64,000 nt of DNA from Camelus ferus (taxonomy: Eukaryota), in contig NC_045696.1 of NCBI RefSeq assembly GCF_009834535.1, positions 51,462,001 to 51,526,000 on the forward strand, read 5' to 3'. Below the pieces are notes generated by a model. That model was not told where the DNA came from, searched no databases, and worked only from the letters and a program-made list of their open reading frames with translations. Position numbers and translations under genes: made by a program. Positions 62,240 to 64,000 of the stretch are shown here, in pieces (position 1 is the first letter of the stretch; the number at the start of each line of letters is the position of its first letter).

Positions 62240-63244
62240 CTGTTTAGTGGACAGAGGAACCCCTACATTTGGAAGAGCACCAAAGTGTGAGTCCTTGTCA
62301 CTGGATGTGAAAGAATTCATGCAGCAGAGGCAGAGGGACCAAGTGAACAGCCACTTTATTGCTCAGAAGGGGAAATGGAAAGAGGGTGCTCGAGCACAGA
62401 GAAGGAAAGCAAAATGCTTTTGTGGGGAGAGGAAGTGCTCGAATGAGGAACTGTCAGCCAATATGACCAGCAGAGACAGCTCCAGCCAAGTCGGGCCACG
62501 TGGACCTTTATGGGAGGTGTTTGTCATCATGTCTTCCTTTCAGGTGTGCTGGGGCCCATCAGTCCTTGTATGGGCTTTTCAGCCCTTGTATGGGCTTTTC
62601 CAGTTGTCATGGTAAGCCCCAACTGTCATGGCACCGGTGGGTGTGTCATTTAGCATGCTAATACATTACAATGACTATATAACGAAGCTCAAGGTCCACT
62701 GGAAGTGAAATCCTCCACCATCTTGGACTCCATTGGTTCTAACCAGTTCTTGTTTCTTCTCATTGCAACTGCCTCCTGAGACTTAGATGAGGGTAATTGG
62801 TTTCAAGTCGAAGGAGAGGCAGGGGTAGGATCCTGGAGGACAACAGCCTTGGTATCAAAAAGGAAAGCTGACTTTAATCAAAATGCTGGCAATCTGGTGG
62901 ATCCAGTGATCCCCACAAAAATTGCCTCTGAAGATTCTGCTCAGCCATAAACAAGACTCAGGGCTTGGTGGGGAGGTGCTTAGCTCCTGTAGAAGAACGT
63001 AAAGATTATGTATATTCCTTCAGGAGGAACCAAGATCCTGCCCCAGGGCTGCCCTATTATTTCTTGACTGTTCCTCCCTCGTCTCTGCGTTCCCTCCCTT
63101 CCCTGGTTAGCAACTCTTCGAGCCTGCAATCTGGAACTCTGGGAAGGGCAAGGAAGCTGCATGAAGCCTATTTCCTACAAAAGAGAAATTGGGGACAAAA
63201 AGAATTTGTATCAGGGAGGGCCCATAGAATCCTACTCCCTTTCA
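62240..63244 (-). mobile_element. ERV1 LTR(s): MER41-like segment (about 62240-62850) joined to a second LTR segment (about 62850-63244)
   Basis: 62621-62700 is the reverse complement of the MER41-like core at 30688-30765; minus-strand AATAAA near 62356; ends ...CCCTTTCA. Confidence 0.7.
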
Positions 63245-63814
63245 GCTCTGGTTCTAGAAATTTTAGTGGAAGCACAGTCTTGCAATGTCTTGATTCCTTC
63301 AAAGCTGATGTCTCCAAACTAATTTGCACAAGCTGAATCAGTGAGGGTGCAAAATGAAGATCTCACTCTTGTCATTTAAGTATTTATATCTGATATCTAA
63401 TTTTTGTTCTATTCTCAGTTTCTGTTTTATAATGTAGAAAATACATTATTACAGACACATATAAACATATTTTATGTGAATATACACATTTGAGAGGTCA
63501 TTGCTTAAGTTTAAAAAAGCTGATGGTGTATGAAATAAGAAGGAAAAAATGTGGAGACTATTGTTTTAGGGTAAAAGAAAAGATAATTAATACTAAGAAA
63601 TTCAGACAGGATGATTCAGGAGTAGGGCTCGTGCGTATGTTGTGGGCATGGGGGTGACATTAGAAATGAGATGTGAAAATAAAAGGTAGAAAGTGTGGCC
63701 TCATTAGGGTGAAGTATTTAATTAATATGCAAGAAAGAAGGTGGGTCAGTGCAGGGTTTGAGGTAGTGAGATGGGTTCCTCCTCCAAGATCTGGAAGGAG
63801 CATCCTTGCCAGGC

Positions 63815-63997
63815 GACTTCACAACTGCTCCATCACTTGGGGGGCTTGTTACAGTGGAGACTACTGCCCCCAAGCCCCCACCCCAGGGATTTGGATTCAG
63901 TAGGTCTGGGACGGGGCCCAGGCAGGAATCTGTATTTCTTTCAAGTTTTTAAGTGACGTGATGCTGCCTGGCCAGGTCCACATTTTGAAAACCAGAG
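63815..63997. mobile_element. MER5A MITE
   Basis: cttgtta...cccaccccag...gattcagtaggtctgg...ggggccca...aatctgtatttc...gatgctgc...tttgaaaacca. Confidence 0.85.
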
Positions 63998-64000
63998 ATT

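Overview
Mammalian (not microbial) genomic DNA, most likely camelid: it carries four copies of a tRNA-Ala-derived SINE resembling the camelid vic-1 family, and I saw no Alu, B1/B2, Bov-tA or BovB. Much of the window is old interspersed repeat (MIR, L2, L1M, MLT1/MaLR, ERV1 solo LTRs, MER5/Tigger3/Charlie). The only well-supported protein-coding sequence is a minus-strand C2H2 zinc-finger ORF (44897-45913, 8 intact fingers, ZNF599/ZNF543-type spacer). Unusually, it has no KRAB exon and sits directly against a CpG-island promoter with ZNF143, NRF1 and ETS-like motifs and a 4 x 17-bp VNTR. Decayed fingers lie in its 3' UTR. A possible first exon of another minus-strand gene lies near 410-600. Other notable structures are two 5'-inverted (twin-primed) L1 insertions, a triple-nested LTR stack, two MER41-like LTRs and several local duplications. 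Repeat subfamily and gene-family names come from recalled consensus sequences, not from a search. I found no convincing wholly new biological system; the KRAB-less ZNF locus is the best lead.
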